A stretch of 64,000 nucleotides of DNA from Paraspadella gotoi. Lineage: Eukaryota > Animalia > Chaetognatha. The stretch is from the NCBI GenBank assembly GCA_051294375.1, contig CM119269.1:6247919-6311918 (forward strand), in the 5' to 3' direction. A program made the position numbers and the translations under genes. Below the pieces are notes generated by a model that did no database searches, was not told the DNA's origin, and saw only the letters and a program-made list of their open reading frames with translations. Shown here one piece after another: positions 13,421-26,814 of this stretch (position 1 is the stretch's first letter; every line of letters starts with the position of its first letter).

Positions 13421-15728
13421 TGAAGAGAAGGAAATGAGACCCCGGAGCGTAGTGGGGGTCGGATTAGGGGGGGGAAGAGTCGGGGATGGTGACAATATTT
13501 GAACGAAGACGAACGATTTGAAGGAAAATGGTTTTTTAAAGGGAATTTAATGCGCAAAAGATGAAGGAAGAAACCCCGGAGCAAGAAATGAAAATTTAAA
13601 AATAAAAGAGGAAGGGAAAAAAAAGAGGACAAATTGATAAAAGCGAAGATGAAAAAAAAAACGGAGAGAGAGAAAAAAATTTGGAAAAGCGAGAGACGAA
13701 AGGCGAAAGGCGGGAAGCGAAACGCGGGACGCGGGACGCGCGCGCGAGGATGACCCGGAAATGGGAGCGAGAATTAGGAAACGGAGAGTTCTAAAGTGGG
13801 GCAGAGCGAAGACTCTTGTCGTTGTTGTTGTTGTAAGCGTTACTTGCCGCTTGAGAAGGTGAACGACCCTCGCGGCATAGATGGCGTCGAGGTTCGTAAG
13901 TTATGAAATGGAAGAAGAATTCGTAGCAATTGTGGCAACTCGAATCTTTTTTGAATTTGGATCAAAATCGACGCATTGCGAAATGTCTGTCCCGATGGGC
14001 GATGGGCATTACGTTGAAAAACAACTAACAAGGTTGAAAAACGAGCTTTTAAAATTATATCTAATCTTTGAAGTAAACTAACGGTTCGAACGACGCGAAC
14101 TTGTTTTTGTTTTCCAAGTTTACGAGTTTCCAACCAAACATCTCCAGGACCTTGACGGTTCTTTTTCGCTTTGAAACGAGAAAACAGTGCGCAGACAAAT
14201 TGACCCCAAACGATGTCGCGCTGAGAAAAAAAAAATGGCGAGGCAAGCGAGTTCTTTTTAAAGTGACTACTTGAGACTGCGGTGAAAATAAGACTCTTTG
14301 AAAAATATCAAAAAATACTCGTTTTATTTTTGGATGCAGACCTGTCGGCAGAGAAAGACGGGAAAATTCTTAGACGAGCGTTGCAAGTATTTGTTCGTTG
14401 TCTGAAATCAGCACGTAAATGGTGCTTTTTCGTAGAAAAAATGAAAATGTTACACAGATTCACTGATCTATGTATATTATTCTTAAGAATAAGAATGATT
14501 CTCCACTCTCCAGATAAGGGAATAATTTATGTATAAATATTAATCTAATACAAATAGAAAAATTCGAACCTCCGCGCAAAAATGTCAGAGCAGTCTTCGT
14601 CTCTTCCGCCCGACGTCAAAAATGCGTTTCTGTTTTTTTCCCCCGACGCGCGAAAGAAAAAAAAATAAACTGGCAAAGTCTTCGATCGGGACGGAAACGG
14701 AGGAAGAAGAGGAGGAAGAAGAGGAAAAGAGGAGGAAGAAGAAGAAAGGAGAAAAAGAAAAGAAATAATAGGATGAGGATAACCCGGGAGGGAAGAAGGA
14801 AAACGCGAAATGAGAATTTGTAACAGAAAAGAGATTGAAAAAAAAGCGAAGACGAATATAGAGGAGAAAGAAAGCAATTTTGTATAAATGGGAAGGAAAT
14901 GAGAAGTACGAAATATCAAACAGGGTTTACGTATTTTAGAGAAGCTATTGGTTTTTTTGAAATACAGAACAAGAAGTGAAATCATGTTCGAAGAAGAATG
15001 GATTTTCGATACTTGAAACGACTTAAAGATGTCTTTGACGAGTACTTTATTAAGTTAAATATGCTAAAACTTTGTTCTACTACCATAGCCACTTCGTAGG
15101 GTATGTTACTATTTTTAACATAAAATCAATTCTCTGTTTCCAATTGTTGTAAGGTTTATTTGTTAATTTTCAATTTCTTTTTATCAATCATAATACATAA
15201 TTTGTTTTTAGAATTTTTTAAAAATAATGCTTGATTTCAGATTATAAGTAAAGTAAAACAGATGACTATATCATTTATTTATGAAAATTTTCAAATTACT
15301 TGTTTCACTATTATTATATTATATTATATTATTATATTTTTCAGAAAACTATCGAACTCGAGCTGAAGTATACAGTTTGCTATTTTTATATTTTCTGAAG
15401 TCCACCAGAGTGCGACAAGAAACAGTTTTGTCTAAGGTGCAGGAACATAAGACTAATCAGTTTCTATTTTTAACTTCAGCCGTGATCACGCTTGATATAA
15501 ATAAAAATACATGGAACTACTGCATGACAAAATATTATTTAAAATCACTCTCTGACTCTGTTGATTTTCTCGAGAAAATTGAGTTTGTTTAATTGTTTTA
15601 ATTACAACAAAAGAAAATATATATTATATATGAATCATAAAATTATTAATAATATTAATTATTTATAAATCAATCAAAAGCCACGAATTAACAGAATATA
15701 AAAATATAATTGACCGAACTGTACGATA

Positions 15729-16157
15729 CAGAGTGTCTCAAGCGTACTTTGCTTAATCATAGCAAACTAAGTTTGAATGTTTATCAGTTTCCTGAAAGTA
15801 AGTTTATAAAAACTTTTTTCATAATCATTCTTTGCATCTTCTCTTCTAAAGCATTATCATCATCGTCATTCCCAATATTCCGTGCAATAAACAATGTGGC
15901 TTTCTGTAATATAACATGCAAAACAGCTGGATAACTACTCAAATTCATTGTCACCTTCCAAAATGAAAATCCCCCCCTTCGTTTGAACTGCGCATTGTGT
16001 ATAACTGTAAATAAAATTGCAAGAAACATGATATTGAGGAAACAAAGCAAAAAATGAAGGAACCCATTTTTTCGGTGATTCTTTCAAATGAATTATTCAC
16101 ACTACCAATTTAAGTCAGCGTTCATTTTTTAAGTGACAGAACGCTTGAGATATACTG
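15729..16157. mobile_element. Tc1/mariner-type non-autonomous element
   Basis: TIRs CAGAGTGTCTCAAGCGT / ACGCTTGAGATATACTG with TA on both sides. Confidence 0.7.
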
Positions 16158-16234
16158 TATTTGATTGACACGATTTGAGGAAAAACATTAGCGTTTTCAT
16201 AAAACCAAAGATAATAAAGTAACAATCTTTAGCT

Positions 16235-16520
16235 TGTGGCGGTATATTCACAGCGCCTCACCAGGAGCTTCATTCGAAGCTCATCTGATAACAACAGATG
16301 AGCTTCTACAATTCAGCCAATACCATTGACTCAGAGAGGGAACGTACAATCCGAAGCGTTACATTCCATCCACATTCCACAATCCTAACGCCTTCCCTAT
16401 GAGTTGGCAAAGGGAGACCGTCCTATGGTAACCGTGCAAGTGGCAGGCGGCGCTACTGAGGGTCGGAATCCCCAAATGTGAGACGCCCCGTCCCAATGGG
16501 CATCTCAGTCAACCCGGCTA
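16235..16520 (+). mobile_element. structured interspersed repeat (SINE-like or ncRNA-like), copy 1
   Basis: Homologous to 54290-54524 (TGTGGCG...CGCCTCA, GTTGGCAAAG, GGTAACC, GGGTCGGAA, CAACCCGGCTA) with compensatory changes. Confidence 0.75.
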
Positions 16521-16689
16521 ATCAGATGTTAAATCACGATAATTCTTTCAATTTTTGATCGTAACTGATCATAACAGATCATACCATACCAAACTAATGG
16601 CTGCGCCAATACATGTAAATCGCTTGCAAGGGATTAAACTGAACTGTTACTATGGTACAAACAAATAATTTTTTTAACTATTGTTTTTT

Positions 16690-16948
16690 AAACTTGTGTC
16701 ATTTTTTTCACTTGCATCATTTTTTCAACTTTCATCAATTTTTAACTTGCATCATTTTTTCAACTTTCATCATTTTTTCAACTTTAATCATTTTTAATTT
16801 TTTACAACTTTCATCATTTTTTTACCTTGCATCATTTATTCAACTTGCATCATTTTTTCAACTTCATCATTTTTCAACTTTCATCATTTTTTCAACTTGC
16901 ATCATTTTTTTCAAATTGCAACATTTTTTTAAATTGCATCATTTTTCA
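16690..16948. repeat. ~19-bp minisatellite (CATCATTTTTTCAACTTK)
   Basis: About 13 degenerate tandem units. Confidence 0.85.
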
Positions 16949-17039
16949 CTTTAATTAAATAATTAATGAATTAATTAATTAATTAAAAAATATTTATGAG
17001 TGAGCATAAATGATAAAAATTCAAGTCAACTTGACTTCG

Positions 17040-17420
17040 GTTTTTTCCATGCAAGCTCATTTCCACACCTCGATTCCATCTAAACTTTATATTCTGCTCA
17101 ATCACACACTTTCCTACCCACCCACAAAATTTCATCTCATTCTATCCATCCAATTATGATTAATTCGAGTAATTATGGGTTAAAATTAGTAAAAAGATTT
17201 ATCTAAATGTGACTTATATATTTTCCATTTAAACTCATTTCCACTTGTGCGATTCCATTGAAACTTTATATCAAGCTCAATTACACACTTTCCTAACCAC
17301 AAACAAAATTTCATTCCAATCTAACCATCCAATCACAGGTTTTTGCTAAGGGGGGACGGACAGACAGAACGGAACGGACGGACGCACGGACATCATTTTT
17401 TTGGGCATAATTTATCATAA
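17040..17420 (-). mobile_element. Helentron/DINE-1-like repeat fragment with (GTCC)n microsatellite
   Basis: Core CTCATTTCCAC...GATTCCAT.GAAACTT...CACACTTTCCTACCCAC also at 23300-23520 and inverted at 23650-24000. Confidence 0.55.
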
Positions 17421-17548
17421 AGTAAATACAAAGGGAAACCGACGGCTTCACTCTACAGCTCAGGTCTTGACCAATTACAACACAAGCACTTTCACGTTTT
17501 ATACACTGCGGCGCAAAAAAAAAGTAGCCACTTGTTAGCTTTAAATAT

Positions 17549-18965
17549 AGTGGAGGTGGTCGAGATAAAAATGGCGAACAAAATGAGATGAATCGATTTA
17601 TTGAAATCAGAAAAGCGAATGGAATCGAATTGGCTAATTGTACAAAGTGGCATTCATTTTTATATGGCGAAGAGAGAAAATTTTGGTTTACATTTGTAAA
17701 GTAAACAATTCTAAAAATACTTCCAAATAAGGTAACGTTTTGCGACCGGCGTTTGAACAGAGGGAGCAAAATATTTCTTAGCGGGCATTGGAATTTTTAA
17801 AGAATTCGGCCGGCGATTTTATTTACTTTCTTACTAATAATAATAATCAGGATCTCCACTCGGCCACGTACCAAAGAAAGCAAATAAATGAGTATCAAAG
17901 TAAAGCAAATAAAATTAAATTAAAAACGGCCACTTTCTAAAAAAAAGTACACATCACAGTAACTTCTTTTTGGCCAGTTAAAGCTAAATAATGCGAAAAT
18001 ATCAAAATGAAATTTAATAATAATTTAGGAAAATATACGGTAGCGTTGGTAAATCACACATGAAAATTCAAATTACGAAGTTCTGATTTATGAATCACGA
18101 AAGACATCCAGTTTGTGATGAAGTTGAAGCACCCATGAACACAGTGAACAGCACAAACCGATGAGCACACATTTAGACTTTGAAAAGAGTGATGACGTAG
18201 CATCGTGACGCAGATCCTCTGTGGCGTAGGAGGCATAACCAGGGCTATTTCTCCAGTACACGTACAAGTGACTACTGGTGCATGTTGCCGCAAACGCAAA
18301 CATGATCCACTGGTCTCAAACATCTCCCCTCTCATCGCCGATCCACATGGCATTTTTGGCGTCCAAAACTTGCTCATAGAACGTGACGCTGACGTGCCCA
18401 TAGATGACGAACTTTCATCGCAAAAATTTGATGTCGTTTTCAAGTTGGCAGAGACTTTAACGAAGCAGGAGAAACGTTAGTCCAAATTTTGCATATCCAC
18501 TCAGTGACACAAAAAAAAACAACCCATTTTATGTCGTTTTTGCGATGACGTTTTCTCATTTCTTCAAAAAGTCCCAATGCCAAAGGATTCATCTTTTGCC
18601 ATTCTCAGACGCATCTTCTTTTAGGTGTAATCCCACCATTGAGGTGGGACCCACCGCTGCCATCAAGTGGAGGTGGTCGAGTAAAAATGGCGAACAAAAT
18701 GAGATGAATCGATTTATTGAAATCAGAAAAGCGAATGGAATCGAATTGGCTAATTGTACAAATGGCATTCATTTTTATATGGCGAGAGAGAGAAAATTTG
18801 GTTTACATTTGTAAAGTAAACAATTCTAAAAATACTTCCAATAAGGTAACGTTTTTCGACCGGCGTTTGAACAGAGGGAGCAAAATATTTCTTAGCGGGC
18901 ATTGGAATTTTTAAAGAATTCGGCCGGCGATTTTATTACTTCTTACTAATAATAATAATCAGGAA
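17549..18965. repeat. ~300-bp near-identical direct repeats (17549-~17855, 18666-~18965) flanking a decayed coding-like segment; Tc1-like end at ~17504
   Basis: AGTGGAGGTGGTCGAG...TAATAATAATCAGGA occurs twice; TACACTGCGGCGCAAAAAAAAAG just upstream. Confidence 0.8.
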
Positions 18966-19744
18966 TCTAATCCCACTATTTCTTTTTTTATTTTGAGAAA
19001 ATATTTATGAAAAAAATATAGCTTTTTTAAAAAGCTATCGATTGTTGCAATTAAAAATTAATATGATCAGGCAGTAGAATACAGTAAAACTTTAAAGTCA
19101 GAAACTGAAAACGGAATTGAAGAAAAATAATTTTTAGAGGTTTGATACTTTTTTTCCTGACAGAGGATAATCGTAAATAATTGATATAATCATAATGGAA
19201 TTAAACAGATGAAAAGGTTGAAAATAAATTTGTTTTACTTTTCTATAAAAAAAACTTTTTTAATTGCTGGAAAATAGGACATTTTAATAATAAATATATA
19301 TAAATAATTTAATTCTAATATATTTGTGAGAGTTTATTTTAATATGCTTTAATACAAGATACTATAATAAAAAAAAAAGATATGAAAAGTAACTTAAGTA
19401 AGTTATCATTCAACTGCTTTTTATATTTTTATATATATAGTTTCCTTGTAAACTTCTTTTAATTTGATTTAGGTTAAAAACTATCCCTACAGATATTCTA
19501 TGCTGATTTGTTCAGCCAATTTCATATTATAAACATTTTATACTAATTTCTTCTATTTCGATTTTTTGTACGTCTTTGTACGACTGTGACATCCTTTAAC
19601 TTTCGATGGCTTCGCTCCATTTTCATCGCTTTCATAAAGCTTTGTTTTTCAATATGAAAAAGTGGCATCAATTAACAAAGTTGTCGAAATTTTTAACATT
19701 TTTTATCCGAAATACAGAATTAGGTTACTTTTTTAAGTTGAAGA

Positions 19745-19945
19745 TTAGGTTGGAGGTGAGGGCTAGGGATTAGGGTAAGGATTAAATTAATGATTAAGGT
19801 TAAGGATTTGGATAGAGATTCAGGATAGGGACTAACAATTAGGGTTAAGGGTAGGGGTAAAAATTAAAGATAACGTTTTAAGGTTAGGGTTCAGGATTAG
19901 GTTAGGGTTAGATATTAATGTTAAGGATTAGGGTTAAGGATTGGT
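19745..19945 (+). repeat. degenerate interstitial TTAGGG-like repeat
   Basis: Runs of TTAGGG/TTAAGG; similar patches at ~2800-2930, ~8795-8845 and ~37230-37310. Confidence 0.7.
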
Positions 19946-20192
19946 TTATAAGTTTAAAAATATATTAATATTAAATATTAAGGCTAAAAGAAGTTCTGGT
20001 AAAAACGAACAGAAAAGGGGGCATTTTCGGAAAAGAATATGCAATTATGCATGTGTTAGCCTTTTTCCTCAAGCATCGGCTTCAACTCTACCACGTTTCT
20101 TTTTCTTGTTTAGCTTTTCCTCCTCATTTTATCCCCACTCATATCACTCATATCACTGCCACACCATATGGAGGGTAGACTGCATCTACTCG

Positions 20193-20383
20193 GTTTTTAG
20201 TTGCGCCGTGAGTACTCACGCAGCAACTCTATTATAAGTCTTTTTTTGGTCGGTCGGTCCGTTGGTATATCTGTCCATCGGTCTGTCCCACTAACGTTAA
20301 AAACGATTATCACTTGCCTATAGATTGTTGCTCATTTGTTAAAAATCAAATCTAAGCGACTACTGGCGCTGCTTTTTGTTTTT
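20193..20383 (+). mobile_element. Helentron-associated short element (HINE/DINE-1-like)
   Basis: TTTTTAGTTGCG...GCAACTCTA subterminal hairpin, GGTC/GTCC microsatellite, 3' GCGACT plus T-run. Confidence 0.6.
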
Positions 20384-21589
20384 AATGATAAGTAAAAAGA
20401 AAAGTAATGTGGCGCAACACCATGGAATAACCGTTCCTTGTTTCTTTTATTAATTAATTCACCTCTAGGAGAGTTTGACATATTATTGCTAATAAAGCTA
20501 TTAACCCGTCACTGTTTTGTAAAAATAAGATTTTTAAAATCTTAACTATTTTCAAAGTAAGAAATACAATAAAAGTCAAGTTTGCTAAAAAAGTTTAAAA
20601 ATAAAAATAAAATCAGAGCTACTAGGATACAAAGAAAACAATTCCGGTTGAAATAAATGTTTTGTCAATGTGGTTAATGGTATTACGATTATGTATGATA
20701 TTTCTACTATTTAAAAACATTAATGGCCGTTCTTTAGTCAAAGCTGTACGCTAGTACGATGTCGATGACACCATCTCCGGTCATTATCATAATCAACATG
20801 ACATCAACATTTAAAAGTAAAAAATTTATCTTTATTATTATAATACTCCCTTTTTCATTTTTTCGGGTAAATCAATATAAGCCTGCACGGCTAACTCAGA
20901 AACTGCCTGAAAATCTCTAACCTAAGATTAAGAGCTGAATAGAATAGAATAGAATAGAATAGAAGGAAAAGATTCATGCTGATTTAGGGGCTCCGAGCTT
21001 CAGCGGGCTTCGTCGACGCGGCAGAGCAGCGGCTGGCTCGTCTCGAGCCACGGCCCACAAAATCCTCTCATCTTGCCCGCGAGAAAATTCAACAAAGAAA
21101 TGAAAGAGAGAAATGGAGAGTCAGCCTGCAGCAGCTTTTCTCGTCTCGCTGGGCCGGCCGATACCGGCCAATCTCTCCTCGCTTTTCACGTGAAAAGAAT
21201 CCCTAAACAGCTTCCTCCTCCTCCTCCTCGCGAAGAACGAAGTCGATATCCGAGTCTCGCCTAGCATAGAGCCCATTTTAAAGCTTTTTACCCCAGCCGG
21301 ATAAAGTTAAGGGTTCGTCAACCTCTTTTCAGGTTTGTATGCTATTAATATGTTATTAATATATTATTAAAATAGGAAATAATTATAAGAATATAAAAAT
21401 CTATTTTATAAACTTTTAAAAAATATTTTTTTATTTGTTTTTAATATTTTTTTATTATATTTTTTTAAAAAAATATTTAAAAAAATTAAAAATTAGTTTA
21501 AAATCTTATGCGACAGTAATTTTTTTAATAAATTTTTTAATGATCATATCATTATATATTATATTAATTCGACCACAATAATATTGACT

Positions 21590-21790
21590 CGATTAGATAA
21601 GGTTAACATTGATTGGACCAAGATAATATTTATTTAACCAAGGTAACATCGGATTGATCAAGATAACGACGATTCGACCAGGGTAACTTCGGCTCGACCA
21701 GGGAAACATTAGCTTGACCTAGGTAATATCGGCTCGATCAGGGTGACATTGACTTGACCAGGGTAACATCAACCTGACCAAGGTATCGTT
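21590..21790. repeat. 20-bp minisatellite (GACCARGGTAACATYGRYTY)
   Basis: About 10 degenerate tandem units. Confidence 0.85.
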
Positions 21791-22925
21791 GATAAGGATG
21801 ACATCTATTATAGGTTTATAAATTATTTTAGTAATGAAAAAAGATTTGTATTTGATTTATTATCTAAAATATTTATTTTAATGCTTTAATAATTGTTTTT
21901 TTAATTTTTTGTATAAATCCTAAAAAAAATTATAATGTATTTATATTATATAAATTTTATTACAATTTTTAACTTAGCCAAAACATGTCCGTTTTTAATA
22001 AAAATAAATCGTTGAAAATTAATTTCAAACTCTTCTAATCATTACACAACAAAACGAAAGGATTACACCACAATATATGGAAATAAAATAAAATAGTATT
22101 TTGAAAAATATGATTAAATAAATATAATAATAAATGATAAAATTTATAAAGTTTTTGGATTAAATAAATAAGAATTTATAGAAAGTTTGCTTTTAGATTT
22201 AAAAATTTTGATTTATACTATTTTCCTCAAAGAATAATATTTTAAAAACTTTGTCAGTTTCTTTTATTTTTTCCGACTATTAATTTAATATTTATTTTAT
22301 TATATTATAAAATTATAATTTTTAAATATATCTTTTATTCTTTTTACTTTTTTTATGTACTGTTAATCTTATAAATAAATAAAATATAGCTTTTTAGATC
22401 ATCTACTGCGTATACAAATATAAAATATAAACATTTTATTTATTATTTATTTATATTATTATATAATATATTTTAAATATTAATTTAAATGTGTAACTAT
22501 GATTATGGGTATAAAATATAAGGATAAATTTATCGATAAACAGACTGAGACCTTATATACCCAAATGTTATAATACTTTCTCCGCATGTACTCGCTTTAA
22601 ACAATAAGAAAAAAAAAACCAACTGGGCAAAAAGGGGGAACAGTTATGCTAAAAGCTATCAATCATTCCAGTTGAAGTGAAGTAAAAGGAAACGGCCGAA
22701 CTCTTTTGCTTTACTTCGACTGAAAAGATCGTAACTCCGCCGGCCGTTTTTTCCTAATCTCATAAGAGGGGCCCCTATGAGACTGACCTATTTTGAGGAC
22801 GGAGTTTAACTACCGTCATTTTAATAATTATGATTATAATTCTCTTAATCTATGAAAGATTTTAATGATTATTGATTAAAACGTATAATTAAAACTTGTT
22901 TATTAAAAATTAAAAAAACAATAAG

Positions 22926-24405
22926 TTTGAGCAAACAATGTCAGATCTGCCCACGATAATTAGCCGTAATTATTAATAAATTAATATAATAATTAATTTG
23001 ATTTGTTTTAGGTCAAACCACGAAAAAAGCAATGACGACGATGGCGATGACGACAATAATAACGATAACGATTGACTTGATTGATTGAATGATTAATTGA
23101 TATATGAATTTGATTGAATAATTAATTATTAGATAAATTGATTGATTAAATAATTAATTGATTAATTGACTGACAATTACTTATTGATTAATTAATTGAC
23201 TAATTGATTAATTAACTGATTAATTATTTGATTAATTAATATATCTTGCATTTATATTTTATATAAAAAGAAAAAGAAGCATAATCAATTAATTTTTGTT
23301 TTTTCCATTTTAATTCATTTCCACTCAGACGATCCTATCAAAACTTGATTTCCAGCTAAATAAAAAACTTTCTTACCCACATACAAAATTTAAATTAATT
23401 TTCACTTGCATGTTTCCATTGAAACTTCATATCCAGCCATATCCTACATACGCACAAAATTTCTTTATATTCCAGCCATCCAATCACGAGTAATTAAAGT
23501 TTTTTTCAAAGCTGGGATAGACGGACGGACAATTTTTAGTCGGATCTGTTTTCAACAGATCCCGACTCTATAATTCACTTTGTCGGTCCGTCGGTCTGCC
23601 CCCTCAATATTGTCGGGCACTCATTTATATCATGTCAGAACATCGAATTATGATAAATTATGCAAAAAAAACGATGTCCGTCCGTCCGTCCATCCGTCCC
23701 TACCTTAGCAAAAAATACCAATTACACATGATTGGATGGATGGATTGGAATGTAAATTTTGTGTGTGGGTACGGAAGTGTGTGATTGAGCTGTATATGAA
23801 GTTTCGATGGAATCGTCCGAGTGGAAATGAGTTTAAATAGAAAAAACAAAAAAATATATTTCACTATTTGAACACCAATTACTCATGAGTGGATGGGGCG
23901 ATTGACTTGAAATTTTGTATTTGGGTAGAAAAGTGTGTGATTAAACTGGAAATCAAGTTTCGATGGAATCGTTTGAGTGGAAATGAGTTTAAATGGAAAA
24001 ACAAAAAACCTATTTCACTAATTGATTGCTTTTTTTACTTTTTATTTTAAATATAAATGCAAGATATATTAATTAATCAAATAATTAATCAGTTAATAAA
24101 TTAATCAATAATTAATCAGTCAATTAATCAATCAAAACAAACATTTTGGATCAAATTAATTAATTGCCTAATTCATTAAATAATTAACTTGAATAAATTA
24201 ATTATTAAATAATTAATTTGAATTAATTATTAATTAATTAATTACCGATAATGATCGTGGGCAGATCAGACATTCTTTGCTCAAACATTCACTAATTTCT
24301 GACATGAAATAAGTGAATGCTCGATAAGATTGATGAGGTGGACCGATGGACCGACAAAGTAAATTATAGAGTCGGGATCTGCTGATAAGCAGATCTGACT
24401 AAAAA
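22926..24405. mobile_element. interleaved inverted Helentron-like elements
   Basis: 22926-~23530 is inverted relative to ~23650-24290; TTTTTAGTCGGATCTG..CAGATCCCGACTCTATAAT at 23533 is inverted at ~24337-24405. Confidence 0.7.
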
Positions 24406-24543
24406 TATTAATAGTTTTATAATTTGCGCAGTAAGCCATATTTATTCAAATAAAATTTTTCATTAAAAAATAATTTTTAAAGATTTTAGTTGGCGAATTC
24501 GCCATGGCAATATCGCCAGTAGCCTCGCTGGCGACCCTGCCAG

Positions 24544-25120
24544 TGATGAAAGTAACGAATATGACAAACGGTGTGAGTTAGAGAGGCTCGCGGCTGACAT
24601 TTAAGCACTGGGATGAACTGGAGACCCAGGTTAGTTGGTGATGCTAGTATTAGAGTTTTGGCTGGGCATAAGACAGGAGGTCTGGGTTAGTGTTGGGGCT
24701 AGGGAAGTGGCTTGTAAGTTAGGGTTAGTGTTTGGATCGGGGCCCAGTTTAGGGTTGTGGGAGGCTTGCTGTCGATGTCGCAAACGGGCGAATGGATTAG
24801 GTTTAGAACCATAGAATCTGAGGCCGAAGTAGTTCTAAAACTAATCCATTTTGTTGGTTCGCAACATTGCCAGTAAGACTCAACCCTAAACCAAGCCCCG
24901 ATCAAAACTCCAAACCAGTTACCTCAGCTCGCGACATTACCCGCGGGGCACTTCCTTAGCCATAACTCTTACCCGGACCTCCTGTCTTATGCCCAGCCAA
25001 AACCCTAGCATCACCTGCTGGCCCCTCCCCTAAACCGGGTCTCCAGTTCATCCCCGTTCCCCAACATCAACCGCGAGCCTCGAGCTGCATCTTTTATCAT
25101 ATTCCTTACTTTTATCAGCA
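24544..25120. mobile_element. MITE with ~170-bp imperfect TIRs
   Basis: TTTTGGCTGGGCATAAGACAGGAGGTC / GACCTCCTGTCTTATGCCCAGCCAAAA and GATGAACTGGAGACCC / GGGTCTCCAGTTCATC. Confidence 0.75.
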
Positions 25121-26814
25121 GTTTGAAAAGTTATTTTTATCCTTGATTATTAAAAGCAATTTTAAAATTTATATTTTTTCTTAAGTTCACACTGTAGTGG
25201 CCCACTCTGTCTGAGTACAATCTCTGTAAGCTTATGAAAACTATAACTAAAGTAGTTGGGACTCTGTATAAAATATAAAGTTAATAGCGTAATGCAATCT
25301 AAATATTTTTTTGTATTTTTTCTACTGGGTTAAAAACCATTGCTGCAGTTTACTATTAAAGTACTGAGATTCCATTTCTTGACATTTATGAAGAGGCAAT
25401 ACCCTTGCCCTTGGGTTTAATATTTAAGGCTATAACAAAGGGCTTTATAGTTTACAGCTGAAAAAAAAAAGATTTCAGATGCAGCAACATTTTAATTTTT
25501 GACTAAAAGATTTTCCGATTTTTCTTTTTAACTTTGCTAAGTAGGGCATTTTAAAGGGGGGCATCCATATGACTTTTAACCAAAATATGAAGAGCAGCTG
25601 TGATTATTTTGGTGCTGTGGCAGGTGTCGTTTTTGCAACAGCGATTATCGCATTGCATTAATAGTTAGAACAAGGTCTGGTTAAGTATCTTCAATTCTAA
25701 TTTTTCATTTTATATGTTATAAAGTAAAAAAAAAGTGATACGGATTTTCTAAGTTTTTAACCCCTACCCTGTATTAAAAGTGTTTTCTTTTTCATACCAC
25801 TTAAAAGAAAATAAAGCATTTTTAAAAATTATTTCATTATCAATTTTTGATGAAGAATTTAAATCTGCCATCAAAATTTAAAGAAGCTTGTTTTGATTTT
25901 TTAAATTTTATTAGGATATATACATACATATATATATAAAATTATTTTTATAATTTAATGTTTACTGATGGTATGTTGTTCGTAATTGACTTCGTAACGT
26001 TCACTATGCTCTAATATGCATGTTAGATTGTAATAAATAGTAATAATAGTTATAAATGGAAAGAGGGTGATAATTTTAATATATCTCTTTATATTTAATA
26101 AGATTATAATTTGCAACAATAATTTTTTATGAACAGTTAATCATTAAGGCGTAGTGAAAGTTGCAGATCAAAATTCGAAAAATTGTTCATGAACAGTTTT
26201 GTATATATATTAAAAAAAAATTATTTTTTTTAATTTTCGAATTCCTCATAAAAAGTTGATAAAAGAAAATATAAGACTTAATCAAAAATTATTTTATCAA
26301 GTTAGTTAAAAATTAAAAAACTATATTTTTTATACCAAAAATAAGAAAAATCTATTTTAAAATTTTAACATTTTCTCTGGTAACTATTATGCATTAATAT
26401 GGGCGTATGCGAAAATTATTAAATTTAAAAAAAATTTTTATATATCAATTTTGATTCTACTTGATTTTAATATTTTTATATATATTTTTATATATATTTT
26501 TATATATCAATTTTGATTCTACTTGATTTTAATATTTTTGCTACGCTTTATTAATCATATAATTTTAAAACATAGGTTAAAGAAATTCATTCAAGTTTTA
26601 AATATTTTAATCTTTACCAAATTTAAATATTAATAAAAAAAATTAATTTTAGAAGAAATCGAAAAAAAATTTTAACAGTTGTGGATATGTTTAAATATTT
26701 TTTCAATGATTCTGAAATAGAACATAGTATGATTGTAAATTTTTAAAGTATGATTATAATATTAAATATAAATTATACATTAAATATATTTTTATTCAGA
26801 TACAGTAATGGACC

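Noticed and set aside
13881-14081. 66-aa ORF downstream of a CpG-rich patch
   Set aside because: No recognisable motif or splice support; more likely promoter or UTR sequence of the minus-strand gene.
16490-16520. CAACCCGGCTA as RNase P/MRP CR-V
   Set aside because: No CR-I (GAAAGUC..) partner for P4, and the element is a dispersed repeat.
17549-18965. LTR retroelement reading of the 300-bp direct repeats
   Set aside because: Identity extends beyond the TG/CA candidates and no PBS, PPT or TSD is visible.
21590-21790. CRISPR-like array
   Set aside because: Contiguous degenerate 20-mers without unique spacers in a eukaryotic context; a minisatellite.
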